Below, piece by piece: positions 44,607 to 56,122 of a stretch of 64,000 nt of DNA. The notes under the pieces were generated by a model that saw nothing but the letters and a program-made list of their open reading frames with translations, was not told the origin of the DNA and did not search any database. A program made the translations under genes and the position numbers. Position 1 is the stretch's first letter, and each line of letters starts with the position of its first letter. The stretch covers positions 384,001 to 448,000 of the forward strand of contig CAWJRG010000005.1 in the NCBI GenBank assembly GCA_963845185.1, given 5' to 3'. The stretch comes from an uncultured bacterium (GTDB taxonomy: Bacteria > Oederibacteriota > PGYV01 > CAWJRG01).

Positions 44607-47375
44607 TTATAAGTTTCCCGCGCATCTTTTGCAAAGGCCTGGATGGCCCGGATCTCTTCCGGTGCTCAGGTCGTACCGCCAGCACCTTTCGCATTTGTTT
44701 CCAATGGCTTTTTCGATTGAAATCTCCAGCCCTGCATCCCATTCAGCGTCTGCCTGGTTATAAAGCCCGCATTCGGCGTGGGACACTATGAATATTTCAG
44801 CCATGTCGTCCTTGAATTTCTTTATTGCGCTGTCCAGCGTTTTTGACCTGTACCTGAGCTTTACATCGGCCTCATACGGATGTTTTATGATTTTGGCTTC
44901 CCGTTTTTCCTCTATCTTTTTTAAGACGGCTGCCCTCAGGTTCATGAGCAGTTCCCATTGCTTTATTTCTTCATCAGGCAGCAGCTTGTCCGCCTCGTCC
45001 TCCCATGTTTCGAGGTGCACATGCTTTTCCTTTTTTAGGGGCTCAGGCATGAACTGCCATACTTCATCGGCAGTAAAAACAAGCACTGGCGCTATCCTTT
45101 TTGCAAGCTTGCAAAGCATTTTATAAAGCACGGTCTGGCCGCTGCGCCGTCCATGCGAATCCTTCTTAAAAGTATACAGCCTGTCCTTTAAAATATCAAA
45201 ATAAAAAGACGACAAAAAAACCGAGCAGAACTGGTTAAAATCCCTGTAAACCCTGTAAAACTCGAAATTCCGGTAGTATTTTTCCATATCATCCGACAGC
45301 CGCTGCAGCCTGTCCAGCGCGTATTTGTCAAGCGCCAGCAGTCTTTGGTAAGGGACCGCGTCTCCCGGCAGAAAGTCATAAAGGTTTCCCAGCATATACC
45401 TGAAGGTGTTCCTTACTCGCCTGTAAGCGTCGGTTATGCGCGCCATGATTTCGTCTGATATGGGCTGGTCTTTTGTGAAATCCTCTGACGCTGTCCACAG
45501 CCTCAGCACGTCAGCGCCTGATTTTTTCATTAAGTCAAGCGGGTCTATGACATTGCCGAGCGACTTGTGCATTGCCCTGCCCTGCGAGTCCACGACCCAG
45601 CCCGTGCTTATTACGGATTTATACGGTGCTGCGCCTTTAAATCCCACTGATGTGAGCAGGGACGACTGGAACCAGCCCCTGTACTGGTCAGAGCCTTCGA
45701 TGTATAAGTCAGCCGGCCATGTAAGCCCTGGCTTGCCAAAAAGCACGGAAAAGCTGCTCGAGCCCGAGTCAAACCATACGTCGAATATGTCGTTTTCTTT
45801 TTCTATTTCTGTCTTGCCGCAATGCGGGCATGTAAACCCCTGCCCTAAAATTTCCGCGGCCGTATATTTAAACCACGCGTCCGAGCCTTCTTTCTTTATC
45901 AGCTCGCGCGTCTTTTTCATTGTCTCCTCGGTTACTATGTTCTGTTCGCAGCTTTTGCAAAAAAAAGCGAAAATCGGCACTCCCCATGACCTCTGCCTGG
46001 ATATGCACCAGTCAGGCCTGGTTTCCAGCATTTTTGTTATACGCGTCTCGCCCCATTCGTTCAGCCACTTAACTTTTTTTACCTCATCGAGCGCCTGCTG
46101 CCTGAAATTGTTTTTGTCCATGGAAATGAACCATTGGTTGGTGGCGCGGAAAATTATCGGGTTCTTGCACCTCCAGCAGTGCGGGTATGAATGCGTAGTT
46201 TCCTCGGAATATAAAAGCGCGTTTTTGCTTTTTAACAGCTCGATTATTTTTGGGTTCGCGTCAAAGACATTGACGCCTTTCATCTCTGCGAATTCTTCTG
46301 TGAACCTGCCCTTACTGTCCACAGGGTTCAGCACAGGAAGGTTGTATTTTAAGCCAAAAATATAATCCTCGTACCCGTGTCCCGGCGCTATGTGCACGCA
46401 GCCCGTGCCGGTGTCAAGAGTGACGTAATCCGCCAGTATCACGTGAGACTCCCTGTTGACAAAAGGATGCTGGGTTATGATGTGCTCCAGTTCTATGCCT
46501 TTAAATGTTTTCAGTACTTTATATTCCTTGCCTGTTTTTTCCGAAAAATCTTTTAGCAGAGCCGCTGCAATAATATATTTTTCATTGCCTGCTTCCGCAA
46601 GCGCGTATTCGAAATCAGGATGCACTGCTATGCCTACGTTTGCAGGCAGCGTCCATGGCGTAGTTGTCCATATAATAATGTAGGCTCCTTTGTCTATTTT
46701 TACCTTTGCCCTGGATGAATCACTAATGCTAAACCTGACATAAACAGACGGGGTCTTGTGGTCCTTATACTCGACCTCTGCCTCTGCAAGAGCTGTCTCG
46801 TCCCTGAAACACCAGTAAACAGGCTTTAAGCCTTTATAAACAAGTCCTTTTTTATACATTTCCCAGAAGATCTCAGCCATCTTGTCCTCATAATCTTTGG
46901 CCAGGGTCAGGTAGGGGTGTTCCCAGTCGCCGATTATGCCGAGCCGCTTAAACTGCTCTTTTTGCAGGCCAACATATTTCATGGCATATTCGTGGCAGTG
47001 TTTCCTTATGTCGAGTTTTGACATTTCATTGCGCTTAGAACCCATATTTTCAATAACTTTATTCTCTATTGGCATGCCGTGGCAGTCCCAGCCCGGTATA
47101 TAGGGGGAATTAAAATTCATAAAGAACCTGGACCTCACAACAATATCCTTTAGGACCTTGTTTAAGACATGCCCCATGTGAATATTGCCGTTCGCGTAAG
47201 GAGGCCCGTCGTGCAGCAAATAAAACGGCCTTGATTTTCTTTTTTCGAGAAGGCTTCCATATACGCCGTCAGCTTCCCATGACTTCGCGAACTCAGGCTC
47301 CCTGTTCGCCAGGTTGCCTTTCATCGGGAACTCTGTCTGCGGCAAATTTATCTGTGTGTCTTTGTCATCAGGCAT
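44607..47375 (-). CDS. ileS: Isoleucine-tRNA ligase (type 1)
   Basis: HDGPPYANG..HMGH, WTTTPWT, DWCISRQR.WG, EGSDQYRGWF and C-terminal C.RC...C.RC zinc finger; ATG 47375 with GGAGG RBS. Confidence 0.98.
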   Translation of the reverse strand: MPDDKDTQINLPQTEFPMKGNLANREPEFAKSWEADGVYGSLLEKRKSRPFYLLHDGPPYANGNIHMGHVLNKVLKDIVVRSRFFMNFNSPYIPGWDCHGMPIENKVIENMGSKRNEMSKLDIRKHCHEYAMKYVGLQKEQFKRLGIIGDWEHPYLTLAKDYEDKMAEIFWEMYKKGLVYKGLKPVYWCFRDETALAEAEVEYKDHKTPSVYVRFSISDSSRAKVKIDKGAYIIIWTTTPWTLPANVGIAVHPDFEYALAEAGNEKYIIAAALLKDFSEKTGKEYKVLKTFKGIELEHIITQHPFVNRESHVILADYVTLDTGTGCVHIAPGHGYEDYIFGLKYNLPVLNPVDSKGRFTEEFAEMKGVNVFDANPKIIELLKSKNALLYSEETTHSYPHCWRCKNPIIFRATNQWFISMDKNNFRQQALDEVKKVKWLNEWGETRITKMLETRPDWCISRQRSWGVPIFAFFCKSCEQNIVTEETMKKTRELIKKEGSDAWFKYTAAEILGQGFTCPHCGKTEIEKENDIFDVWFDSGSSSFSVLFGKPGLTWPADLYIEGSDQYRGWFQSSLLTSVGFKGAAPYKSVISTGWVVDSQGRAMHKSLGNVIDPLDLMKKSGADVLRLWTASEDFTKDQPISDEIMARITDAYRRVRNTFRYMLGNLYDFLPGDAVPYQRLLALDKYALDRLQRLSDDMEKYYRNFEFYRVYRDFNQFCSVFLSSFYFDILKDRLYTFKKDSHGRRSGQTVLYKMLCKLAKRIAPVLVFTADEVWQFMPEPLKKEKHVHLETWEDEADKLLPDEEIKQWELLMNLRAAVLKKIEEKREAKIIKHPYEADVKLRYRSKTLDSAIKKFKDDMAEIFIVSHAECGLYNQADAEWDAGLEISIEKAIGNKCERCWRYDLSTGRDPGHPGLCKRCAGNL

Positions 47376-47533
47376 TGCCTTATCCTCCGGATAAATAAAT
47401 TCCAATTCCGTGTTGCAAATTCTAAAACAGGAATAAAACAGTTTTATCATATTCCATGCTATTTTTCAATAAGTATAACGTGTGGAATTTACGGGATTAA
47501 GAAATGATTACATCAGAGAATTTTTGATATTGC

Positions 47534-48601
47534 TTATTTTTCTGCGCCGCCGGCAGGAAGATTATCTTTTTCATTTCCCTTCAGCTTGTCGATAAACTCC
47601 TGCAGCGCAGCGTCGCCCGGGTTTAAAGAAAGCGCCTTTTCGTAATAAAAACCCGCAAGCGCCCTGTCTCCAAGCCTGTATTGCACGGTTCCCATCTGTT
47701 CGTTTAATCTGTAGTCATCCGGAAACCTTTTAAGCCCTTCAAGGAGTATGCCTTCCGCGCCTTTGTAGTCTTTGATATCCATATACTTTTTGGCAAGAAA
47801 ATAATAACTCTGGTCCTCGGCCGTGAAATGCGGCTGTTCAGCGGCCCCGGATACGCCCTTATTGTGAATTAATGTATTAAAAATCTGGGTTTGTATTTTA
47901 AACATCATCCCGAAATAATAGGGCTGCGAGTATGAATATTTGGTCCAGTCGCCGGCATCGTACTGGTCCTGGTAAGTATAGGAATTTACGCCTGTTAAAA
48001 CCAGGCCGCCGCCGGCGCAAAAGGTAAAATTATCCAGTATATGCCATTCAATCCCTCCATAAACATTTGTATACAGGCCTTTCGTCGCGTAAATATCCGC
48101 CGTTTCAGTGGCGGTATTCGCGGAAGGGCCGTACATATACTGTTCGTAACCCGCAAAAATGATTTCAAATTGCTTGCTGGGTACAATATTAAGAATGGCT
48201 CCCAGCCCTCCGCCAAAATCGCCGTACAGGTCAAAATAGCCGGTGCCGTCAAGCGCCAGTAAAATCAGCCCTTTCTGGTCCATCGGCGAGAATTTCAAAT
48301 CCCCGCAAAAAGTATAACCGTAATAACCCACTCCCAGCTCTAATGTATCAATTCCCGGCCTTAACCGGGCTTCCAGTATTGTAAAATTTGTGTCTACGGG
48401 CTGGCCTGAGGTTGTAGTGCTGTTATTATAGGATGAATAACTGGTCGTTGTGTAATCATAGTGCACATGGTATATCCCGGCCCCTAATTCAACGCTGTCA
48501 TTGTCCGCGAGCCTTGCAGTGGGGCTTATGGGTATGGTAATGCATCCGGAAAAAATAATTAAAATCAAAACAGGCATTAAGAAATAAATTGCTTTTTTCA
48601 T
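47534..48601 (-). CDS. Lipoprotein with beta-rich body and C-terminal TPR
   Basis: FSGC lipobox after MKKAI (GGAGG RBS); C-terminal TPR pair. Confidence 0.75.
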   Translation of the reverse strand: MKKAIYFLMPVLILIIFSGCITIPISPTARLADNDSVELGAGIYHVHYDYTTTSYSSYNNSTTTSGQPVDTNFTILEARLRPGIDTLELGVGYYGYTFCGDLKFSPMDQKGLILLALDGTGYFDLYGDFGGGLGAILNIVPSKQFEIIFAGYEQYMYGPSANTATETADIYATKGLYTNVYGGIEWHILDNFTFCAGGGLVLTGVNSYTYQDQYDAGDWTKYSYSQPYYFGMMFKIQTQIFNTLIHNKGVSGAAEQPHFTAEDQSYYFLAKKYMDIKDYKGAEGILLEGLKRFPDDYRLNEQMGTVQYRLGDRALAGFYYEKALSLNPGDAALQEFIDKLKGNEKDNLPAGGAEK

Positions 48602-48719
48602 TGCCGCCTCCGCCTTGAATGCCAAATCCCAAATCATTGATTACAATTATACCCTGTTTTATGGTTTTGTCAATTGATATGGAGTTAACAGGAGCGGCGG
48701 GTTTTTTCGCGGAGCGGGA

Positions 48720-48817
48720 GTGGAACTTCCTCTAAAAAAATTCTCTAATATGCTCCCTCCCCGTAGCGCTATCATACCCTGCCTCTACCGGCAGGGTATT
48801 TCGCGGAGTGGAATTAA
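48720..48817. mobile_element. IS200/IS605-end-like short element (left hairpin deleted)
   Basis: Core AAAAAAATTCTCTAATATG.TCCCTCCCCG.AGCGCTAT and end TTTCGCGGAGTGG.ATTAA shared with 22718-22837; overlaps the stop codon of the receiver gene. Confidence 0.65.
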
Positions 48818-49245
48818 TGTATTTTTTCAAGTAATCCTTTTATCGAAGAAATCAATTTTTCAGGGCTGTAAGGCTTCAGGAAAATGGCGTCAAAACCAAG
48901 TGCTTGCATTTTCTGTACTGTATCTTTTGAACCCAGCGCAGTAAAAGCCGCAATTTTCGTATTTTTCAGAGCCGGAAGGCTTTTTAAATCTTTATAGACC
49001 TCAAAGCCGCTTACGTCGGGAAGCATTATGTCAAGCAGTATCAGATCAGGCACAAATCCGCTCCCTATTATCTTAATGCATTCTTTTCCGTTGTAGGCCC
49101 TGACAAGCTCATAGCCTGCGTTATCCATTGTGTCCATTACCGACATCATTACTGCCAGTTCGTCTTCGACAATCAGGATTTTGCGGGAAACCGGCCTGGT
49201 TTCAACGCCTGCCGGCGCATTGACGGGATTTTCAGATATGTTCAT
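48814..49245 (-). CDS. Stand-alone response regulator receiver
   Basis: ILIVEDE, PDLILLDIMLP..SG, TA and KP motifs. Confidence 0.92.
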   Translation of the reverse strand: MNISENPVNAPAGVETRPVSRKILIVEDELAVMMSVMDTMDNAGYELVRAYNGKECIKIIGSGFVPDLILLDIMLPDVSGFEVYKDLKSLPALKNTKIAAFTALGSKDTVQKMQALGFDAIFLKPYSPEKLISSIKGLLEKIH

Positions 49246-49380
49246 TTTGCGCCTCCAGTTTATTGAATTCTATATATATATATATATTAGACAACTCAAA
49301 AGCCAAAATGTTGCAATAAAAATTGCTTTACCGCAATGTTTCCTGATGAAAATTTCAATAGTGCTTTAAACTCACATAAA

Positions 49381-49420
49381 GCAAAGAAGCCCGGAGCAGG
49401 CACCCCGGGCTTCTTTTATT
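49381..49420. terminator. Intrinsic terminator
   Basis: AAAGAAGCCCGG...CCGGGCTTCTTT. Confidence 0.7.
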
Positions 49421-49430
49421 TTTTATATTA

Positions 49431-50734
49431 TCATGGCGCAAATCTCTGTATCCTTGCGTTTCCGGAATCCGCCACATATGCCGAACCTGCACTGTTTATT
49501 GCAATTCCTTCGGGGTTGAAAAACTGCATACTGCCGAATCCGATATTTGGCGCCGAACTTCCCCATTGCGCCATGTAATTACCTGATAAATCAAATTCCT
49601 GCACCCGGTTGTGAAAAGTATCGCTGACAAATACATCGCCTGCGCTGTTTACCGCAATTCCGCAGGGCAGGTAAAATTGCCCATTCCCGGTCCCAGGCTT
49701 CCCCATTGGGTTATATAATTACCCGCCAGGCTGAATTTTTGTATTCTCTGGTTTCCGGTATCTGCAACATATAATACTGCGCCTGCATTATACACTGCTA
49801 TTCCTCCGGCGCTTCCTCCACCGCCAAAGAAATTAAACTGACCGTTTCCGCTTCCAGAAGTTCCCCATTGCGTTATATAATTTTCATTTGAATCAAACTT
49901 TTGTATCCTGCTGTTTCCGGTATCAGACACATACACCGTGCCTGAACTATCCACTGCAACCCCATTCGGCGCATTAAACTGCCCGTTTCCGCTTCCCAAA
50001 GTTCCCCATTGGGATATATAATTTCCGCTTGAGTCAAATTTTTGTATCCTGTTATTCCCGGAATCCGCGACATATATATATGCCCCTGTATTATCTACTG
50101 CTATTCCAAATCCAACATAGCAATTAAACTGCCCGTTTCCGCTTCCATAGCTCCCCCATTGTGTTACCGGATTCCCGTTTAAATCATATTCCTGCACTAT
50201 ATCGTTAATAGTACCCGCAGACGGGTGGAAAAATTCCGTGACATATACACCGTTATTGCTGTTGTCTATCGCAATGCCGAGAGGCGTATTGACCGGCGTA
50301 GGCCCGGTTCCCGGGCAATACCATGATAAATAACCCTGGGGAGCAGGCGTTAATGTTGACGTGGGAGTTTGCGTTCCGGTCACGCAGTTACAGGCATAAG
50401 TGATTGTGCGTGTAGGCGTGTTTTGCTGTGTAGCCGAGCCGGTACAGCATGCTGCAACGTAAGTTGTTGATGTACCCGACGGTACGGCTGTTATTGTATT
50501 TGTGCATGTGTTCACCGGCGTATCCGGCTGCGTGCCTGTTGCTGTACATGCCGGTGTTTTGGTCCTGGACGGGATGCTGGTCATAATTGCTGTCGCCGTG
50601 TTTATTTTTACCGGCGTATTTGTTGCCTCAGGTATTACTATGACTGAAACCGGATTTTGCCTGTGGCAGCAGCACCCGTTGCTGATTATTATTCCGGTTA
50701 AGACTATGACTGCTGAAACCAGTATTCTTTTCAT
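49431..50734 (-). pseudogene. NHL-repeat lipoprotein with a single-base frameshift near 49697 (probably a sequence error)
   Basis: ORFs 49649-50734 and 49431-49706 give continuous QWG..G.GNGQF repeats if one base is restored. Confidence 0.8.
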
Positions 50735-50819
50735 ATAAGAACCTCCTTTTGCTCCCTTTCACTTAGACAATTTTTTTTAAAAAATGTTCCAATTATTTTT
50801 TAAAAGGAGGTTATTATTC

Positions 50820-50847
50820 GCAGAGACACGCCCTGGCGTGTCTCTGC
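50820..50847. repeat. REP-like palindrome
   Basis: GCAGAGACACGCC-CT-GGCGTGTCTCTGC. Confidence 0.7.
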
Positions 50848-50917
50848 TTTAGTTTTATTATTTGTAAGATAGACAAACCTACCCAGCCTCCTTATTAAGG
50901 AGGGAGATAATAAGCTA

Positions 50918-51013
50918 ATACCGCTTGTCCTCGGCTAAAGCCTCGGACTTGAACGGGTATAATATCTCGTAATATTTTATCTTCGCAGTTAAGCTTGATA
51001 AAATAAACGATAT
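50918..51013. repeat. Two-hairpin dispersed element, copy C (inverted)
   Basis: TACCGCTTGTCC...GGAC..GA.CGGGTA plus ATCTCGTAAT...AAACGATAT. Confidence 0.8.
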
Positions 51014-51083
51014 ATTAAAACAAAAAAGACGGAGCGCCTTGTTGTGATGCCCAGTCTTTTGCCGTTATAAAATCAGTAATAAT

Positions 51084-51326
51084 TTACTTTTTGTATTCTT
51101 TCAGCACTTTCCTGTATTTTTCAAGCACTGATTCATATTGCTTGATAATTCTTTCATTTAAATTGATTTTTGCGCTGGTTTTATGTTCATCAAGCAGGCC
51201 CCTGATAAACTGCGAAGTGTTTTCGCCTTGTTCCTTCGCGAAATCTTCAACTGCCTTTTTTTCAAAGTCATTGACGCGGATCAGGATTTTTTCCGTCCTG
51301 TTTTTGCGCAAACGTTTTCTTCCCAT
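51084..51326 (-). CDS. Small ribbon-helix-helix-like (MobC/CopG-like) protein
   Basis: RT..I.IRV...EK......A...G...S.FIR pattern. Confidence 0.65.
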   Translation of the reverse strand: MGRKRLRKNRTEKILIRVNDFEKKAVEDFAKEQGENTSQFIRGLLDEHKTSAKINLNERIIKQYESVLEKYRKVLKEYKK

Positions 51327-51345
51327 AAAATCACCTGTAATTATA

Positions 51346-51726
51346 CTATATTTTTATTCCGGCACAGTATTCCTTTGCCCTTTTTATATCCAGGTTTTTC
51401 CAGTACGGGTATGTGGCGCACTGCTGAGGCCGAACATCATAAACCGAGCATGTATTATTTTTCAGGAAAACGCAGCCATCTTTTTTATATTTCATCACCC
51501 TGCCGAGCCATAAAAGTTTGCTTGTGTGTTTTTTTTTGAATTCCCTGACAGGCAGTCTGAGCTTCCCTGCCATTTTGATCATATCATTTTTATTCAGGTA
51601 TACGAAGCCGACCCTGCAGCAGTTACCGCATTTGGTGCAGGAAAACCCGTTATTTTGCAGTGATACCGTTTGTTTTGTCAGGCCTTCTTGCTTCGTACCG
51701 GCCTGCAGGGGCATTGGGCTCAGCAT
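51346..51726 (-). CDS. YkgJ/CxxCxxCC zinc/iron-chelating protein
   Basis: F.CTKCGNCC, C.FL, C.VY..RP.QC..YP.W motifs. Confidence 0.9.
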   Translation of the reverse strand: MLSPMPLQAGTKQEGLTKQTVSLQNNGFSCTKCGNCCRVGFVYLNKNDMIKMAGKLRLPVREFKKKHTSKLLWLGRVMKYKKDGCVFLKNNTCSVYDVRPQQCATYPYWKNLDIKRAKEYCAGIKI

Positions 51727-53120
51727 TTTTTCTCGAAGCGCTCCTTGTCGGTCTGGTCTGACAAATCCATGGGATAATCGCCGTCAAAGCACGCCATGCA
51801 GAATTTGTCTTTCCTGCCGCCCACTGTCTTGACAAGCCCTTCGAGAGACAGGTACGCGAGCGAGTCAACCCTTATATATTTCGTTATCTCTTCAAGCGAA
51901 TGGCTGTTTGCTATCAGTTCGGTCCTTGTCGGGAAATCCATGCCGTAAAAGCACGGGTTATAAATCGGCGGCGACGAAATCCTGTAATGTATTTCCTTGG
52001 CGCCTGCGTTCCTTATCATTTTCACTATTTTCCTGCTGGTTGTCCCCCTCACTATTGAGTCGTCCACCACGACAACCCTTTTGTCCTTTAAAATTTCCCT
52101 TACCGCGTTTAATTTCAACTTTACGCCGAAATCCCTTATGTTCTGCGAAGGCTCGATAAACGTCCGGCCCATATAATGGTTCCTTATCAGGCCCATGTCG
52201 TATTTTATGCCCGTGGTTTCCGAATACCCTATGGCAGCAGAAACCCCGGAATCAGGCACAGGGATTACCACGTCTGCCGCGACAGGCGACTCAATGCCAA
52301 GCTGGTTTCCCAGCCCGCGCCTTATGTCGTTTACCGACCTGTGGAATATAAAGCTGTCCGGCCTGGCGAAATATATGAACTCAAAAACGCACATGGCGCT
52401 CCTCGCCCTTTCCGCAAATTTTTCGGTCCTCATCCCGTCTTTTGAAAATATTACGATTTCGCCGGGTTCGACCGTGCCTATATGCTTTGCGTCAATCAGG
52501 TCAAACGCACATGTTTCGGAAGCCACCACATAAGCGCCGTCAAGCTGCCCTATTTCAAGCGGACGAAACCCGTTCGGGTCGCGCGCGGCTATAAGGTAAT
52601 CCTTGTTCAATATCACGTATGAAAAAGCGCCTTTCAGCTCGGCCAGGGATTTCTTTATAGCCTCTATGAAATCCATGCTGTTGTATTTTGCTATAAGGTG
52701 CACCAGCACTTCGCTGTCTGCAGTTGTCTCAAAAATCGAGCCTGTTTTCTCAAGTTTCCTTTTAATATCGTCGGAATTTATAAGGTTGCCGTTATGCGCC
52801 ACTGCCAGCGGGCCGTTTATATAGTTAATCCTTATGGGTTGTGCGTTGTCCACGTTGCTCGAGCCTGTTGTCGAGTACCTGACATGGCCTATGGCCTTGT
52901 TCCCGCGCAGGTACTCCAGGCTTTTTTCGTCAAAAATGTCTGCCACATGCCCCATTTTCTTGACCTCGGAAGTGATGCCGTTGTCATCCATCGTCACCAT
53001 GCCTGCGCTTTCCTGTCCCCTGTGCTGCAGGGCGTAAAGCGAAAGGTATGCCAGTTTCGACGCTTCGGGGTGCCCGTAAATGCCCACTATGCCGCAGGCT
53101 TCTTTGATATTTTCAGACAT
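51720..53120 (-). CDS. purF: Amidophosphoribosyltransferase
   Basis: Propeptide then [20 protein letters not shown] and [12 protein letters not shown]. Confidence 0.98.
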   Translation of the reverse strand: MSENIKEACGIVGIYGHPEASKLAYLSLYALQHRGQESAGMVTMDDNGITSEVKKMGHVADIFDEKSLEYLRGNKAIGHVRYSTTGSSNVDNAQPIRINYINGPLAVAHNGNLINSDDIKRKLEKTGSIFETTADSEVLVHLIAKYNSMDFIEAIKKSLAELKGAFSYVILNKDYLIAARDPNGFRPLEIGQLDGAYVVASETCAFDLIDAKHIGTVEPGEIVIFSKDGMRTEKFAERARSAMCVFEFIYFARPDSFIFHRSVNDIRRGLGNQLGIESPVAADVVIPVPDSGVSAAIGYSETTGIKYDMGLIRNHYMGRTFIEPSQNIRDFGVKLKLNAVREILKDKRVVVVDDSIVRGTTSRKIVKMIRNAGAKEIHYRISSPPIYNPCFYGMDFPTRTELIANSHSLEEITKYIRVDSLAYLSLEGLVKTVGGRKDKFCMACFDGDYPMDLSDQTDKERFEKKC

Positions 53121-55369
53121 ATTTATTCATCCCGTTTCTCCAGAGGTTTTCAATTTCATCCACGCGCATGTTTAATCTCTTTGAGTAAGCTTTCGCCGCC
53201 CAGTTTACGCTTATGATAAGCCTGTCCCCGCCTACCTCGCCTATCTCGGTCAATGCAACCCTGTTTTTCACAGCGAGCTGTTTCATTTTGTTCAGGTTTT
53301 CCTTCGAGGTTGTTATTACTATCCTCGACTGGGTTTCGCCGAATAAAAGCGCGTCAACCCTTATGTCGCTCTGCAGTTCCACGTAAGCGCCAATGTTTCT
53401 TTTGCCCTGCAGCCTGCCGGATACGCACGCCTCGGCTATTGTGATCGCAAGGCCGCCGTCGCTCACGTCATGGGCGGATTTTATATAACCTTTCCTGATG
53501 CCATGCATGCACGTCTTCTGCAGCATTTTTTCTTTTTTAAGGTCTATCTCCGGAACCGGGCCTTTTACCAGATTGTGCACTGTTTTCAGATACTCGCTTG
53601 CTCCTATTTCATCTTTTGTCTCGCCCAGAAGTATTATAACATCCCCTTTGTCCTTTAAATGCTGCGTCATGTATTTTTTCCCCGGCCCTTTTATTATGCC
53701 GACCATGCCCACGACAGGCGTGGGATATATCGGGCCTTTTTCGCCTTCGTTATAAAAACTCACGTTTCCGCTTATTACAGGCGTGCCGAGGATTTTTGCC
53801 GCATCGGCCATGCCCTGTATTGTGTTTTCAAATTGCCAGAATATCTCAGGGTCTTCCGGGTTTGCGAAATTCAGGCAGTTTGTAAGCGCTGCCGGCTGCG
53901 CACCGGCGCATACGACGTTCCTCGCCGACTCAGCCACTGCTATTGCACCTCCCCTGTAAGGGTCAAGATAAGTGTACCTGCCATTGCCGTCAACAGAAGC
54001 AGCGAGCATGAAATCCCTGTGTTTCATGTTGATGACAGCCGCGTCCGAGCCCGGCAGTACAAAAGTATTTGTCCTTACCATGTGGTCATACTGCTCCCAC
54101 ACCCAGTTCTTGCATGCTATATTCGGGGACGACAGCAAATTCCGGAAAACCGCCTCAAGGTCTTCAGGGACTTTTACCTCATCCTTTGCCAGGTTTATGT
54201 TTTCGAGGTATTCCGGTTTTTTACCCTTCTGTTTTTTAAGCGGAAAATATTTATAATTGCTGTCCGTCAGGGCCCTCACCGGTATATCCGCCACAATTTC
54301 CCCTTTTTCCTTTATGACAAGCCTTTCCTGCCTGATTACTTTTCCTATTTTTACCGCGTGCAGCCCCCATTTTTTCAGGATTTTTTCCACTGCCTTTTCA
54401 TTGCCTTTTTTGGCAACCATCAGCATTCTTTCCTGCGACTCTGAAAGCATTGTTTCATACGCGTTCATCCCTGTCTCTCGCTTCGGCACCTTGTCAATAT
54501 CTATTTCCATGCCTACTTCTCCGCGGTAAGACATCTCGGAAGAAGATGATGTCAGCCCTGCCGCGCCCATATCCTGTATGCCTACGACAAGTTTCTTTTC
54601 TATGAGTTCAAGCGTGGCTTCCAAAAGCAGCTTTTCCATGAAAGGGTCCGCGACCTGGACCGACGAACGCCTTGCCTGGTTTTCAGGCGTGAGTTCGGCA
54701 GAAGCAAAGCTTGCGCCGTGTATGCCGTCCCTGCCTGTAAGTGCCCCTATATAAATGACGGGATTCCCCTGTCCTTTTGCTATTCCTTTTGCTATTTTTT
54801 TGACGTCTACGGTGCCGATTGCCATTGCGTTTACAAGGCAGTTGGTATCGTAAGTGTCATCGAATATCGTCTCCCCTGCCACGGTTGGTATGCCGACGCA
54901 GTTGCCGTAATCGGCTATTCCCTCAACAACGCCGGGCAAAAGCCTGTGCGTGTTCCTGCTGTCAATCCCGCCGAACCTCAGGGAATCAAGCACAGCTATG
55001 GGCCTTGCTCCCATGGTAAAAACATCCCTTAAAATGCCTCCCACGCCGGTTGCAGCGCCCTGGTAAGGCTCTACTGCCGACGGGTGGTTATGCGATTCTA
55101 TTTTAAAGGCTATTGCCTTGCCGGTGCCGGTACTTATTATGCCGGCGTTTTCACCCGGCCCCTGCAGAACAAATTTGCCTTTTGTCGGAAACTTCTTTCA
55201 GCAGCGGCTTTGAATGCTTGTAGCTGCAGTGCTCCGACCACATTGCAGAAAATATCCCGAGTTCGACAAAAGTGGGTTTCCTGCCGAGTATTTTCAGTAT
55301 GTTTTCATACTCGTCTTTTTTTATGCCGTGCTTCTCTATAACCTTGCCGGTAATTTCCATATTTTCCAT
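53113..55369 (-). CDS. purL: FGAM synthase subunit PurL, with a one-base insertion at 55196-55198
   Basis: MWSEHCSYK in one frame; FPTK...GPGENAG...[22 protein letters not shown] in the next frame. Confidence 0.95.
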
Positions 55370-55408
55370 TTTTCAACCTGTTCTTCTTTTAATTTGCAGA
55401 TTAAGTAT

Positions 55409-56110
55409 CTAAGCTTTTTTTATATATTCCACCATTGATTCAAAAACCATCCTGCCGTCGGCTGAACCGAGCTGTTCAATCATTGATCTTTCAGGGTGAG
55501 GCATCATGCCCATAATGTTGCCGGCCTTGTTCATTATGCCTGCAATGTTATAAACAGCCCCGTTCGGGTTTGCGTCCTGGGTTACGTTGCCTTTTTCGTC
55601 GCAATACCGGAAAACAATCTGGCCGTTCTTGATGAGCGAATTAAGTGTTTGCTCATCACAGAAATAATTGCCTTCCTTGTGCGCAATGGGCACGCGCAGC
55701 ACCCTGCCTCTTTCGTACAGGTTCGTAAAAGGGGTGTCGCAGCTTTCAACTTTTATGTTGATATACCTGCATATAAATTTCAGCGTATTGTTTTTTAGCA
55801 TGGCGCCCGGAAGAAGTCCGGCCTCGAGAAGTATCTGGAATCCGTTGCATATGCCTATAACGAATTTATTTTTCCTTCCGGCGAACTTAAAAACAGAATC
55901 CATTACCCTGGAAAACCTGGCAATAGCGCCGGTTCGCAGATAATCGCCGTAGGAAAATCCTCCCGGCAGTATTATTGCATCATAATTCATTATATTTTTG
56001 GTCTCATGCCATACGTATTCGGCTTTTTGTTTTATGACATCTTCGATTGCCCACAGGCAGTCGCTGTCGCAGTTCGAGCCCGGAAAAACAACAACTCCGA
56101 ATTTAATCAT
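55409..56110 (-). CDS. purQ: FGAM synthase glutaminase subunit PurQ
   Basis: [25 protein letters not shown] and MMPHPER motifs. Confidence 0.98.
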   Translation of the reverse strand: MIKFGVVVFPGSNCDSDCLWAIEDVIKQKAEYVWHETKNIMNYDAIILPGGFSYGDYLRTGAIARFSRVMDSVFKFAGRKNKFVIGICNGFQILLEAGLLPGAMLKNNTLKFICRYINIKVESCDTPFTNLYERGRVLRVPIAHKEGNYFCDEQTLNSLIKNGQIVFRYCDEKGNVTQDANPNGAVYNIAGIMNKAGNIMGMMPHPERSMIEQLGSADGRMVFESMVEYIKKA

Positions 56111-56122
56111 TTATTCTCCCTT

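Noticed and set aside
47376..47533. T-box leader for ileS
   Set aside because: The leader is too short and no AGGGTGGNACCGCG T-box sequence is present.
55185..55205. Programmed frameshift in purL
   Set aside because: No canonical slippery heptamer or obvious stimulator, and two other similar indels in the window favour sequence error. Not formally excluded.
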